IMG/VR virus record: IMGVR_UViG_3300009314_000007
Span: 43,337-107,336 of that record
Origin: a virus
DNA length: 64,000 nt
Reading direction: 5' to 3' (one strand)
In this document: one piece after another, positions 54,028 to 63,900 of the stretch
Layout of the letters: the number at the start of each line of letters is the position of its first letter
Position numbering within the stretch: position 1 is the first letter of the stretch
Notes under the pieces: generated by a model
Database searches by the model: none
What the model was told of the DNA's origin: nothing
The model's input: the letters and a program-made list of their open reading frames with translations, nothing else
Program-made: the position numbers and the translations under genes

Positions 54028-54918
54028 ATGAGCACGTATTCTAAGCCAACTCATCCCAGCTTCATAGACTTAACCGGCCGGAAATTTGGTCGGTGGCTTG
54101 TTATTGCTTACGCGGGTACGCAGTGCGGGTGTAGTCGTTGGTTCTGTTGTTGTGATTGCGGGACCAAAAAAGAACTTTACGGGGCCAGCCTGGTTCGAGG
54201 TCAAACAAAGTCCTGCGGGTGCCTGTATCGCGACGCGCTGCGAGATCGGTACACCACACATGGGCTATCTAGCACCCGAGAATATCGAATCTGGTCTCAC
54301 ATGCGGGATCGGTGCAACAACGTACGGAACCACGCTTATTCGAGGTACGGCGGTCGAGGGATCGGCGTTTGCGCTCGCTGGGACTCAGATTTTAGGGATT
54401 TCCTGGCGGACATGGGCAAGGCTCCTACACGTTTTCATACGCTTGATCGTATCGACGGACAGAAAGGTTACGAAAAGCAGAACTGCCGATGGGCTACTCG
54501 CAAAGAGCAGGCCAGGAACCGGGAAAGCAATCGGCTGGTGACCATCGAAGGAGTTACTAGGTGTGTCGCCGAGTGGTTAGAGATTTCGTCAATTGCCCCG
54601 GGGACTGTTCGCAAGAGACTTGCAAGGGGCTGGGAACCTCGACTTGCTTTTACGTTACCTCCTCTACCCCGCGGGAAGAAACACCTTCTGACCGATACAG
54701 ATCGCAAGGAGCGAAAAAACGCTAGGAACCGGCTTTACCGCGCGGTTGCGGCCGGGAGGGTCGAGAAGCCAGCGCATTGTGAGCAGTGCGGCGCGAAAAG
54801 CGGGGTTGAAGCGCATCACCATCGCGGCTATATTGGTCTCGCAGCCTTGGATGTGCAGTGGCTCTGCACTTCTTGCCACGGAACGGCAGATCTGGCGGTT
54901 CCTCTAATCTCCCAATAA
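54028..54918 (+). CDS. free-standing homing endonuclease with two HNH-like domains (paralog of 47162-48076)
   Basis: Same domain order; YSKPT...FIDL start; LDRIDGQKGYEKQNCRW; CEQC...AHH..Y...WLCTSCH. Confidence 0.88.
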   Translation: MSTYSKPTHPSFIDLTGRKFGRWLVIAYAGTQCGCSRWFCCCDCGTKKELYGASLVRGQTKSCGCLYRDALRDRYTTHGLSSTREYRIWSHMRDRCNNVRNHAYSRYGGRGIGVCARWDSDFRDFLADMGKAPTRFHTLDRIDGQKGYEKQNCRWATRKEQARNRESNRLVTIEGVTRCVAEWLEISSIAPGTVRKRLARGWEPRLAFTLPPLPRGKKHLLTDTDRKERKNARNRLYRAVAAGRVEKPAHCEQCGAKSGVEAHHHRGYIGLAALDVQWLCTSCHGTADLAVPLISQ

Positions 54919-54926
54919 CGTTATTG
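54913..54926. repeat. dispersed palindrome copy 6 (CAATAACGTTATTG), contains the HNH gene TAA stop
   Basis: Perfect copy with C/G extension. Confidence 0.9.
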
Positions 54927-54944
54927 GTTTCATCTTGGAGGTGA

Positions 54945-55745
54945 ATGATGCGATTCTTCAAATGGATTCTAGGTTTGCTCCCGGCACTTTGGCACGCGAT
55001 GTTCTGGCCCGAATATGCGGACGACGGTTTGGGGAGCAGCGGCGGGGATTCGGCTGCCGCTTCCCAGCAGTTCGATCTCGCTCGCGACATTGCGGAGCGG
55101 CTGTTACGGGCGGATTACTGTGCTCGCCGAAAAGAGCTATCGGAACTCCGGAGCCGCGACGAGGTGTTGTACGCACTGGTGAAGCACCACATCCAGCAGC
55201 TGCAAGACCGGGGTGGCGGTCGAGGCGGGCAGGAGCAACCGGGGGATGCCGAGCAGTGCAAGGAGCTTCACCGCGTAATGCAGCAGGCCATCAACGGCGA
55301 TTCACCAGTCCCGGACGGCGGTGCTCTCACTATCCCGCTCGATATTCTTCCAGCCTCCCACGTGGTTGGAGGCGGGGCGATGTACAAGGACGAGGAGGGC
55401 AAGCCGTTGCCCTTAGAACCACGTGTTGTGGTCATGCCGGGACAGCCGGTGCCCGCGGTGGCGGTTCGACAGATCGCTCCCGATATGAAGATTGTCTCGG
55501 CGACTGCCTCGGCCCGCAGGAAAGACAACAGCAAGTTCCCCGAGTTCCTGCGAAAGGTCCATTCCGAGGTGATGGTCACTCCTGAAGGGCAACGAGCCAA
55601 AGCCCGTGAGCAGGTCGAACTCGACTTCCAAGTGGCGAAAGCTGAGCAGGGCGAAGCAGTTGAAGTGCCCGACCGGCATCGCCGCGCAATACCCATAGAC
55701 AGTCACCCGGTCGCTCCAGACAAATCCAAATCGGAGAACCCATGA
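54945..55745 (+). CDS. hypothetical protein with hydrophobic N-terminus
   Basis: GGAGG RBS. Confidence 0.65.
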   Translation: MMRFFKWILGLLPALWHAMFWPEYADDGLGSSGGDSAAASQQFDLARDIAERLLRADYCARRKELSELRSRDEVLYALVKHHIQQLQDRGGGRGGQEQPGDAEQCKELHRVMQQAINGDSPVPDGGALTIPLDILPASHVVGGGAMYKDEEGKPLPLEPRVVVMPGQPVPAVAVRQIAPDMKIVSATASARRKDNSKFPEFLRKVHSEVMVTPEGQRAKAREQVELDFQVAKAEQGEAVEVPDRHRRAIPIDSHPVAPDKSKSENP

Positions 55746-56401
55746 ACGCATTCGACGAAGCAGATCCGGTCGACCCGCAAACAGACCCGGATGGTTCCAG
55801 TGTCCAGCAACGCCTCGTTACACTCCAAAAGCACCTCTTCCGCCTCATGGCGGAGGACAAGGGACTGGACACGGAGGAGATGGCGAAGTGTCGCATCCGC
55901 GACTACATTATCTGGTGCAACGAGCACAAGGACCAATGGTGCGAGGGGCAGATCAAGTACGAGACCGCTGCGGGCTTGAAGCTGCATATCACCGATGTCG
56001 AGGGGTTGGAGGAGATCTTCAGCGACCCGTACGACGCCGTGGGACTGTGCATGGCCAACTGGTACATGCTCAGCTTGTCCGGCCGTACGCCGCCGGAACA
56101 CGTTCCCAGCTTCACTCACCTCGCCGTTACCATGGGCTTCAACGCCGGGGACGGGGGCAAGGAGAAGGCTTTCCAGATCTCGATCCCGTGCAAGTTCCAG
56201 CCGGGGGCAGCCATGACGGACGGCTTCATCGCCTCGCTGCTGCTCGACCAGATGCGATCTGCGGCGCAGACCATTGCCACCATGGGCATCGACGTGATCT
56301 ACGAGAAGTATGCTCAGGACGTAAGTGACAAGCAGGGCAAGGTGCTTCGGCAGTCCGTTGATCCCGCGGACCGAAACCCGGAGATACGTGACGGACTATG
56401 A
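55742..56401 (+). CDS. hypothetical protein
   Basis: ATGA overlap. Confidence 0.65.
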   Translation: MNAFDEADPVDPQTDPDGSSVQQRLVTLQKHLFRLMAEDKGLDTEEMAKCRIRDYIIWCNEHKDQWCEGQIKYETAAGLKLHITDVEGLEEIFSDPYDAVGLCMANWYMLSLSGRTPPEHVPSFTHLAVTMGFNAGDGGKEKAFQISIPCKFQPGAAMTDGFIASLLLDQMRSAAQTIATMGIDVIYEKYAQDVSDKQGKVLRQSVDPADRNPEIRDGL

Positions 56402-56742
56402 GTCGAATACCTCCGAGAAGTATCCCCTGCACGAAGTGCGGGGAGTGTTGTCGTCATGGCGGCGAGTGCATCTTTCGCAACTGGGCGGAGGGCAACGAAG
56501 GTGTGCCCATCAAGTTCAAGGGCAAGTGCCAGTTCCTCCAGGAAGACAGCTTGTGTTCGCAGCTCAGTAAGGCTTTCGCGGAGCACCCGAAGAGCCTGAA
56601 GAGGTTCGTTGACGGTCGTTGTGACTGGCCAGCGCAGTTCGTGCATCACTATGCTCTCAACGTGTTCGAGAAGATCATACTGCCCAACAAGGAAGAGGGC
56701 GAGGACGACATATTCCTATCCCCGGAGAATACAGATGACTGA
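56398..56742 (+). CDS. CxxCxxCC cysteine-cluster protein
   Basis: CTKCGECC...C...CQFL...C. Confidence 0.7.
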   Translation: MSRIPPRSIPCTKCGECCRHGGECIFRNWAEGNEGVPIKFKGKCQFLQEDSLCSQLSKAFAEHPKSLKRFVDGRCDWPAQFVHHYALNVFEKIILPNKEEGEDDIFLSPENTDD

Positions 56743-57493
56743 AGACCAAGCCAGGCGAGAAGAACGAGCCCGGCAGTGCGAGGAGGGGAAGCAGAAGTTC
56801 CTTGCCATGGTGAAGCAGCGCCCCGATACCGAGTACGGCGTTCGCAACTTGCCGCCGTGTCCGCACTGCGGAGTTGATTGGTCAGACGAACAGAAGATGG
56901 ATCTGTGCGAGACGCTGCTCGGCTCGATAAGCATCGACACCGAGAAGCACCCCGAGCAGGACCCCAACCACAAGTGGCGATACGTGGAGTGCAGGGAGTG
57001 TCACGAACACTACACTATCGAGAGCAAGTACGCCAACGTCTGGGTCACCATAGGCCTGGAAACCCCGATCAGGGCTCATTTGGATAATGAGCCACCGAAG
57101 GAGCGCCTTGTGGTGCGGGGCCTGCCGTCCTGCTACGAAAGCTACGTTTACGACTGCGCTTTGTGCCACGGTGGGCACGTTCGACGGGAGTATTACAAGC
57201 TGCATGAGGACGTGCCCCTGCACGCCCCGAATGACAAGTACCGGATGCTGACCACTATACCCGCCAAGGGCGGCAAGCAGTATCGAGCGACCTGGGTCTG
57301 CGACAAGTGCAACGCCCGGATCATCACGCCCGAGTTCGATCATTATTTTACCTGTCCGCCGCCCCCGGACCTGTCCCCGGAGGAGAAAGAGTACGCTCGC
57401 AAGGTGGCCGAGGCATTTCGGCAAGGAACCATCTTCACAACCACGGGCCCAGCGATTGGGGACCTGAAAGGGTTGGCGAGGGCAAAATTCTAA
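56735..57493 (+). CDS. multi-zinc-ribbon protein
   Basis: CPHC, CREC, CALC, CDKC. Confidence 0.7.
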   Translation: MTEDQARREERARQCEEGKQKFLAMVKQRPDTEYGVRNLPPCPHCGVDWSDEQKMDLCETLLGSISIDTEKHPEQDPNHKWRYVECRECHEHYTIESKYANVWVTIGLETPIRAHLDNEPPKERLVVRGLPSCYESYVYDCALCHGGHVRREYYKLHEDVPLHAPNDKYRMLTTIPAKGGKQYRATWVCDKCNARIITPEFDHYFTCPPPPDLSPEEKEYARKVAEAFRQGTIFTTTGPAIGDLKGLARAKF

Positions 57494-57507
57494 CAAGGAG
57501 GGTAGCC

Positions 57508-58137
57508 ATGATCGTCGTAAGGATTATCACGATTCTGTGTGTGCTGCTGGCCGGTCAGGTCTACGGGCAGCGGTGGTGTTCCAGTCCCAATTGTTCCATG
57601 TGCAACCGACTGGAGGTCGAATACAACGCTCGTGTCGCGGAGGCTCGGGCCGCCGAGCCGTCGAGGGTCGCACCGGTCGTCGAGTCCCCGGAGTTCGATC
57701 CGACTCCGCAGAGAGTGGTCGAGGCCATGCTCGGCGTGGCCGCCCCGGCCAAGGGCGAGGTGTTGTACGACCTGGGCTGCGGGGACGGGCGAGTCCTGAC
57801 CGCTGCCGTGCAGGAGTTCGGTTGCAAAGCTGTGGGTATCGAGATCGACCCGCGTATTGCCGAAATTGCCCGAGAGAACGTCGAAAAGCTGGAATTGAAG
57901 GGCATTCGGATCGTGGAGGGCGACGTTCGCAAGTTCAAGTTGACCGAGGCCGATGTGATCTTCATCTACCAGTTGCCCGAGCTGGTAGCGGAGCTGACGG
58001 ACGCGATGGTCGAGTCCCCGAGAGTGGTCGTATCGTACAACCACCCACTCCCCGGCGTGTCCAACGAGGAGTACGAAGTGGACGGGGAGCACAAGTTCTA
58101 TGTCTGGCGTCGGCCACTGTCAGCCGCTTGGTGGTGA
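57508..58137 (+). CDS. class I SAM-dependent methyltransferase with signal peptide and small Cys motif
   Basis: AAGGAGG RBS; hydrophobic N-terminus, CSSPNCSMC, PTPQRVVEAML, YDLGCGDGR, GIEIDP. Confidence 0.85.
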   Translation: MIVVRIITILCVLLAGQVYGQRWCSSPNCSMCNRLEVEYNARVAEARAAEPSRVAPVVESPEFDPTPQRVVEAMLGVAAPAKGEVLYDLGCGDGRVLTAAVQEFGCKAVGIEIDPRIAEIARENVEKLELKGIRIVEGDVRKFKLTEADVIFIYQLPELVAELTDAMVESPRVVVSYNHPLPGVSNEEYEVDGEHKFYVWRRPLSAAWW

Positions 58138-58143
58138 CCTCTC

Positions 58144-58602
58144 ATGCAGATCTTCCGGCCGAAAAAAATATCCAAAATAGGCGTGTTGAGGGCTTTCCTT
58201 TTGCCTGTTTTTTGTGAACAATGCAGGTGGAAGGGGCGTAGGACCGCTAAGTTCGGAGTGAACCTTCGACGGGAATTCACGGTCAAACACGCACTTAGCT
58301 ACGCAGCGGGCAAGCGGGATCGGTTCCCTTGTCGCCACTGCGGTGGACCCATTATCTACACTTGGCCGAAGATGAGAGATCCCAAACAACATCCCGAATG
58401 TGGCGATGCACTCCTCCGGAACGTACCCGGCAAGCAGGAGACGCGCCACGTCCTCGACCACACCCTGGGTGGCGATGTCATCTACAGTGTCGGACGCCCG
58501 CCGACGTATCACTCCAACCGCTTCCACTGCACCCGGGAGGAGTGGATCGAGTGGGCGGAGGACGCCGTGGTGGTCAAATTAGCCGAAGGAGTCCCTGCGT
58601 GA
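58144..58602 (+). CDS. zinc-ribbon hypothetical protein
   Basis: CEQC...CRHC. Confidence 0.6.
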   Translation: MQIFRPKKISKIGVLRAFLLPVFCEQCRWKGRRTAKFGVNLRREFTVKHALSYAAGKRDRFPCRHCGGPIIYTWPKMRDPKQHPECGDALLRNVPGKQETRHVLDHTLGGDVIYSVGRPPTYHSNRFHCTREEWIEWAEDAVVVKLAEGVPA

Positions 58603-59132
58603 GCGAGTCCCAGTCTGTCACACCCAATGGCATGGACGCCGCCCCGCAGCAATCCCCCGGAGCTGATAGTGCCCCGGGTACGCTTCGACCCGACTTATCC
58701 CAGGACCGCGTTGTGGCCCTTGTGGGTCTAACCATTCTCAGTTGTAAGCACGATGCGAGCAGGCTGCTTCGGCCGGAGCCGCAAGTGGTGCGAGTGCTGC
58801 CCGAGCCCCCCGATCCCTCTGATCCCAACCCGCGGCCCGAGCCTTGCGAAACGTTCGAGCTTACCGTGCCCGTTCCGACCTTTGGCACCGCGGATCAGAT
58901 TGTCGAGGCGTTCCGTGCCGGACTCCAGCATGCCTTGAAGACCCATTTCGGGCTTGCTGAGGACCTGCATCCGCTCGCCGCCGATCCCACATCCACCCGG
59001 GAGTGGGAGGGACTGGCGGACATCTGTGATGCCGGAGACTACCTCGTTGACGGCGAGATGTCCGCCGAGCAGCCGGGAGGGGCTCACGTGCTTAGTTGGG
59101 AGATCGACCCCAACAAGCCGCCGCGGCCTTGA
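58599..59132 (+). CDS. hypothetical protein
   Basis: AAGGAG RBS; GTGA overlap. Confidence 0.6.
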   Translation: MSESQSVTPNGMDAAPQQSPGADSAPGTLRPDLSQDRVVALVGLTILSCKHDASRLLRPEPQVVRVLPEPPDPSDPNPRPEPCETFELTVPVPTFGTADQIVEAFRAGLQHALKTHFGLAEDLHPLAADPTSTREWEGLADICDAGDYLVDGEMSAEQPGGAHVLSWEIDPNKPPRP

Positions 59133-59157
59133 CACATCAAGGGGAGTGGGAGAAGAC

Positions 59158-59349
59158 ATGCTGAAGATCTGGTGCCACAACCACAAAGAGATCACCGAGG
59201 CCGGGAAGCCGGTGCTGGTCTGCCTGGGCCACATGGCCGAGGCCCGAGTGCTGAACTGTCCCCACGATAGCTACAAGGCCTCCCAGAGCTGCCGGTACCC
59301 GTGCATGGACGCTGCCGAGATCGCCCCCAACAAGCGGGGGCGGACTTGA
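59158..59349 (+). CDS. small Cys-rich protein
   Basis: GGGAG RBS. Confidence 0.55.
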   Translation: MLKIWCHNHKEITEAGKPVLVCLGHMAEARVLNCPHDSYKASQSCRYPCMDAAEIAPNKRGRT

Positions 59350-59559
59350 CCGCCGCCCCGACATTTATTGCGCCTTGTCGCTCTTGACACATCCCCGCTT
59401 CATCTGCCACCCTGGATATTAGCCTTGAGGAGCACCTGGGTTCCACAAGGATCTCAGTTCCAGGAGCATCAGGGATGAAACCTTTCTCGCCATTTCCGGC
59501 TTGCCCGGCAGCTCGCTGCTGCCGCTCCCCCCGCTCCCCACTGACGTGGAGGTGTACTC

Positions 59560-60963
59560 ATGCCCGCTAAATCCAAGAAGCAGCAAAGGTTCATGGGGAT
59601 GGTCCATGCGACCCAGAAAGGCGAGATCGAGGCGCCGTCGAAAGAGGTGGCCGAGGTCGCTAAAAGCATCTCACCCACTGCCGCAACCGAGTTTGCGGAG
59701 ACCAAACACAAGGGATTACCAGAAAAGAAGGAGAAGGAAGCCATGCGTAAGAACGCACTGGGCATCTTCGGTTCGATGCAGGCAAAGAGACTGGCCAACC
59801 CGGCCAATGCCACCAAGGCGAGGGGCGCCCTCCCCGGGAACTCCGGACAATTGTCCAATGTTCAGGGGAGAACCGAGTTGGGGCAGGAGTCGCAGATGAC
59901 TCAGCGGGGCAGAACGATGTCCCCCATGGCCGCCAGGGGTAAGTTCGCTTGCTACGTCCGTTTCTTGGCCGATAAGGCCGAGAAGGCGGAGAAAAAGGCG
60001 GCGAGCGAGTGCGGTGCTCCCAAGGGCAAGGCAAAGAAGAAGCACAAGACGGCCGGTGCTCCCGCCAGCTACTACAGGGCGTCGGACAAGACCCTGTCGT
60101 CACCCGGGGCGAACAGGCTGGTGAAGCTGGCCGAGCAGCTCGAAGGCGGAGCCACATTCCAGCATGCGATCACCGAGGTGTACGGTGACAAACCCCTGGC
60201 CTACCGCACCAAGATCGCCAAGGGCCTGTTCAAGGGATTCCACAAGCGGCTGAAGCAGGCCTACGGCGAGGCGTCTGTGTTGGGAGCGACCCGCCATCCC
60301 TCCGGTGCGCTCAGTTCCGGCACTGGCACGACATCCGTGACGATGCCGGTGGGTTCGGGCATGGCCCAGGCTCCGCCGATGACTGGTACGAAGGCGGCAG
60401 AGCAGGAAAAGGAGGCCGGACCGGCGGGAGCACTGGGCGGGCTCGCTTCAGGTGCGAAGTCGATGATGGGGCTGCCCGCAGCGCCGTCCGTGGGAGCAGC
60501 CCCGGCCCCCGAGCGGGCTCTGCGTGGGCAGAGTTTGGGCCGCATGGCGGCGAGGATGGGAAACATGCCGTCGATGCCGGGCAGTGTCTTGGGTGCCGTG
60601 CCGCCGAAGCCGGTACCGTTTTCCGCTCCGCCGTCGCCTCCCCCGGGCACCGGGCAGCCCCCGGGCCAGACGAGCGCCGTGCCGGGCTACCAACCGCCGA
60701 CCGGCCCGCCCAATCGAGAACCCGGGATGGGACTGGGTACGCCTCCGTGGCAACAGCCCACACCGGCACCGCCACAGCCCGGGCCAGGGCCCGGAGCCGT
60801 TGCGCCCCAGCCGCCCATGCGGAGTGTGCTGAGCAAGGTCACCACGCCGGGACCGGCAGCCCTGGCTCAGCAACCCGTTCCCGACCCGTCAATGAACGCT
60901 GCCGGACCGCCCATGTCACCGATGCAGGCCGATCCCAGTCAAATGGAAATGCAGGAGCAGTAG
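59560..60963 (+). CDS. DUF3008-like N-terminal domain protein with Pro-rich tail, probable virion-associated protein
   Basis: GGAGG RBS; MPAKSKKQQRFMG...EFAETKHKGLPEKK; many KxA motifs. Confidence 0.7.
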   Translation: MPAKSKKQQRFMGMVHATQKGEIEAPSKEVAEVAKSISPTAATEFAETKHKGLPEKKEKEAMRKNALGIFGSMQAKRLANPANATKARGALPGNSGQLSNVQGRTELGQESQMTQRGRTMSPMAARGKFACYVRFLADKAEKAEKKAASECGAPKGKAKKKHKTAGAPASYYRASDKTLSSPGANRLVKLAEQLEGGATFQHAITEVYGDKPLAYRTKIAKGLFKGFHKRLKQAYGEASVLGATRHPSGALSSGTGTTSVTMPVGSGMAQAPPMTGTKAAEQEKEAGPAGALGGLASGAKSMMGLPAAPSVGAAPAPERALRGQSLGRMAARMGNMPSMPGSVLGAVPPKPVPFSAPPSPPPGTGQPPGQTSAVPGYQPPTGPPNREPGMGLGTPPWQQPTPAPPQPGPGPGAVAPQPPMRSVLSKVTTPGPAALAQQPVPDPSMNAAGPPMSPMQADPSQMEMQEQ

Positions 60964-60969
60964 AAAACC

Positions 60970-63900
60970 ATGTCGAGACTATTAGGAGGAATGGGCTCTC
61001 CCCTCGGAACACCCGGGATGGGGTCAGCGGCCGTCACAGGGCAGGCGGCGGGCTCACCCGCTGCTGGCGTCAATGGCCAACAGGCTGCGGGGCCGGGACA
61101 GGGCGGAGCAGCCACCGCCGAGAACGTGCAGGCTGAGTTGCCGCAGGCTCAGCAGGCCGCCGGGATGGCTGCTCCACCCGCAGCCCCGCTTCCGCCCCCG
61201 GCGCCGGGTGCGGCGAACCAGATGGACCCCAGTCAGTTGGCACCGCCAGCCCAGGGAGGGACGCCGGGGTTCACGGCCAACAGTCAGGGCATGCAGGTCT
61301 ACCCTCCTGGCCAGGGACCCGTGACCGAGCAGGTGCTTCCACAGCACATGATGGGGCCGATTACGCCCCAATCGCCTCTGAAAATGGGGTCTGGATTGGT
61401 GTCCGAGGGGTCTGTGGAGTCCGGGAGGGCCTCGAAACGCTCCGCGGGTCGTCCGGGACGGTTTGGGTCTCGGAAGGCCGCTCACGGGCTTGTCCGGGAT
61501 CGTCAGACCCTATTGCGGCTTGAAGATGGTCTGTTTGTGACCGCCATGGAGGATAAAATGGCCAAAACGTGTCAAGATAGGCAAGATGGGCCTCGAATAA
61601 GCTCGAAATTCGCTTTTTCCGGGGCCACTCGACCCCCTGCCCTACCCGATGTAACCGATTCGCCAGCTTTCGAGATGAGCCTCCTCCCGTATGGCCGAGA
61701 AAAGGCCGCAGTGATCGTCCCCCTGGCCCTCGGAGGAGCCGCAGGAGGCACGTTGGGAGCCGCCACAGCTCCATCTGGCTCCAGGTTCGAGGGAGCGGGC
61801 AGGGGCATGACGGTGGGCGCAGGAACCGTGGGCGGGATGTACGGCGGGAGCGCTCTGGGCAAGGTCCTGGGCCGGATGGCTGCGCAGGGTCTGCGCATGG
61901 ACCCGGCCACCGCGGCTCGGCTTGGTGAGCTGATCGGAGCGACCGGCGGCGGCATCGCCGGGTTCAAGGGGACACGGGCTCTGACCAAGGACAAGGATGA
62001 CGAGAAGCGGGCCTGGGTTGCTGGTGTGTTGGGACTGCTGGCGGCACATCCCGTGACGTTCGAGAAGGAGGCCAAGGAAGCGGCTATCGGCAGCCACGGC
62101 GTGCCCCTGGTGTCCACCAGCCCAGCGATGCAGAGGTCCACGGCCGGTGAGGGAGACATCAGCGGATTGAAGGTCGCTCCGTGGTCGGTCAACGGCGCCG
62201 ATGCCTGGAAGGGCATTGCTCAGCATCAGCCGAGCGGCGGCGGGAAGGGCCAGACCGCATTCGGCGGTGTCATGGCTCCGCAGGTCGAAAGAGACAATCC
62301 CCCCGTGAAGGGGTATAAGTCAGCCGCGCAGCTTCGTGCAGTGGCAGTCACTCTGCCCGAGGGCAAGTATCGGCAGGACATGGTCAAGATCGCCGCCCTG
62401 GTCGAGAGCGGAGAAGACCTGGCGATGGCTTTGCACGATGTGAAGGGCATCGACCACAAGCACGCCGCCTACCAGGCTCATATCTGGAGGGAGCGTCTTA
62501 GCAACTTGAGGGCTCGGCGAGATCCGGACGGGATCAGCGAGCAGCCGTTCGACAAGCAGGCCAAGGTGCATCCGTTCCGTCCGCTCAACGAAGATCCCGA
62601 GTTCCAGGCCGATCCGGACTACCGGGCGTACGCCGAGTACGTGTTGAGCCGGAAGAAGAAGGCCGAACTGGGAGATCGAGCCAGCGACTTCGCCACCAAG
62701 GTGATCGAGGGCGGCAAGGGCCTGGTCCAGAAAGCCGTAAAGCATCCGGCAGCCAAGTACGGACTTCCCGTAGCAGGCGCCGCGGCGGGTCTGGGCATCA
62801 ACGAGCTACTCCGGACGCTGGCGGAGAAGAAGACCCGGCGGGAGACCGACCCGGACCAGGTCACTGGCGACCGCTGGCTCTGGGGTGGAGCTGGTGCTGC
62901 GCTGGGTGCGGCGCCGTTGGTTGCTCCGTATGTCACGCAGGGCTTAGATAAGCTCAAGACGGCCGAAAGCAATAACGTTAGTGTCATCCCGGACGCCGAG
63001 TTCGACAAAATGTCCAGTTTCTGTCTGGCGTTTGTCAAGCGGGCCGAGCAAGAGGGCTGGGACGACGAGACCATCGTCAAGGCAGCCGTCGTAGCGTCGG
63101 AGTTCGACGAGATCGTGGCCGAGGAACTGGAGCCGCTCACCAAGTTCGCGAGGGGCGGGCTGTTGAGAGGTATCGGAAGTGGCGTCCAGAAGTTCTTGTT
63201 CCGCGGTGGTGGCGGTCGAGCGGTGACTGGAGCCACGAGCAGTCGAGGCGCCAAGCCGTTGGCCAGCATGCTGAGTCGGCAGACGGCACAGCAGGGCACG
63301 TCGATGACGAAGCTCCCCTCGATCCTCAAGGGCACGGCGCCGGGTGCGGCCACGATGGGCGGCAAAGCAAAGCAGACCGCCAACGTGTTGTGGAACAACC
63401 CGGTCACCTCCGCAGTGGCTCGACCAGCGGCCGGATACGTCGGCGGGCAGACCGCGGCGAGAGGGGCCAACGTGCTGGGTGCCGATATTGATCCCCACCG
63501 TGCGGGCTTGGTTGGCGCGGCGGGCATGGGTGCGACCACGCCGCTGGCCCGAGCGAGCTTCCGAAGGGGAGCACATATCGCTCGACCGGTAACGCAAGCG
63601 TACGGGAATCTTCGCACACCGTTCCAGGGTGCCGCCGAAGGCTATGCTCTCGGTCACGGGCTGCGAGCGGCGACGGGCGACGAGAGTATCGACCCCACGC
63701 GGTGGGCAATGGGTGGTGCGATGGCGAGACCCGCAATGAGCTGGGCCGGGCCGAGAATGAAGGGCCTGATACCCACTCGGCTTCGAGAACGCATGGCCAC
63801 GTCGCAGTCCGGTCGATACTTGCAAGGCAAGCTGAGACCGAATGCTCCGTTCGCTAGTATCCGCAATCTCATTGGCAAGCGAGTTGGACAAGTGGGCGGC

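Noticed and set aside
3391-62983. Palindrome as a restriction/methylation site or terminator
   Set aside because: Conservation extends to 14 bp, well beyond the AACGTT hexamer; no loop, GC stem or U tract
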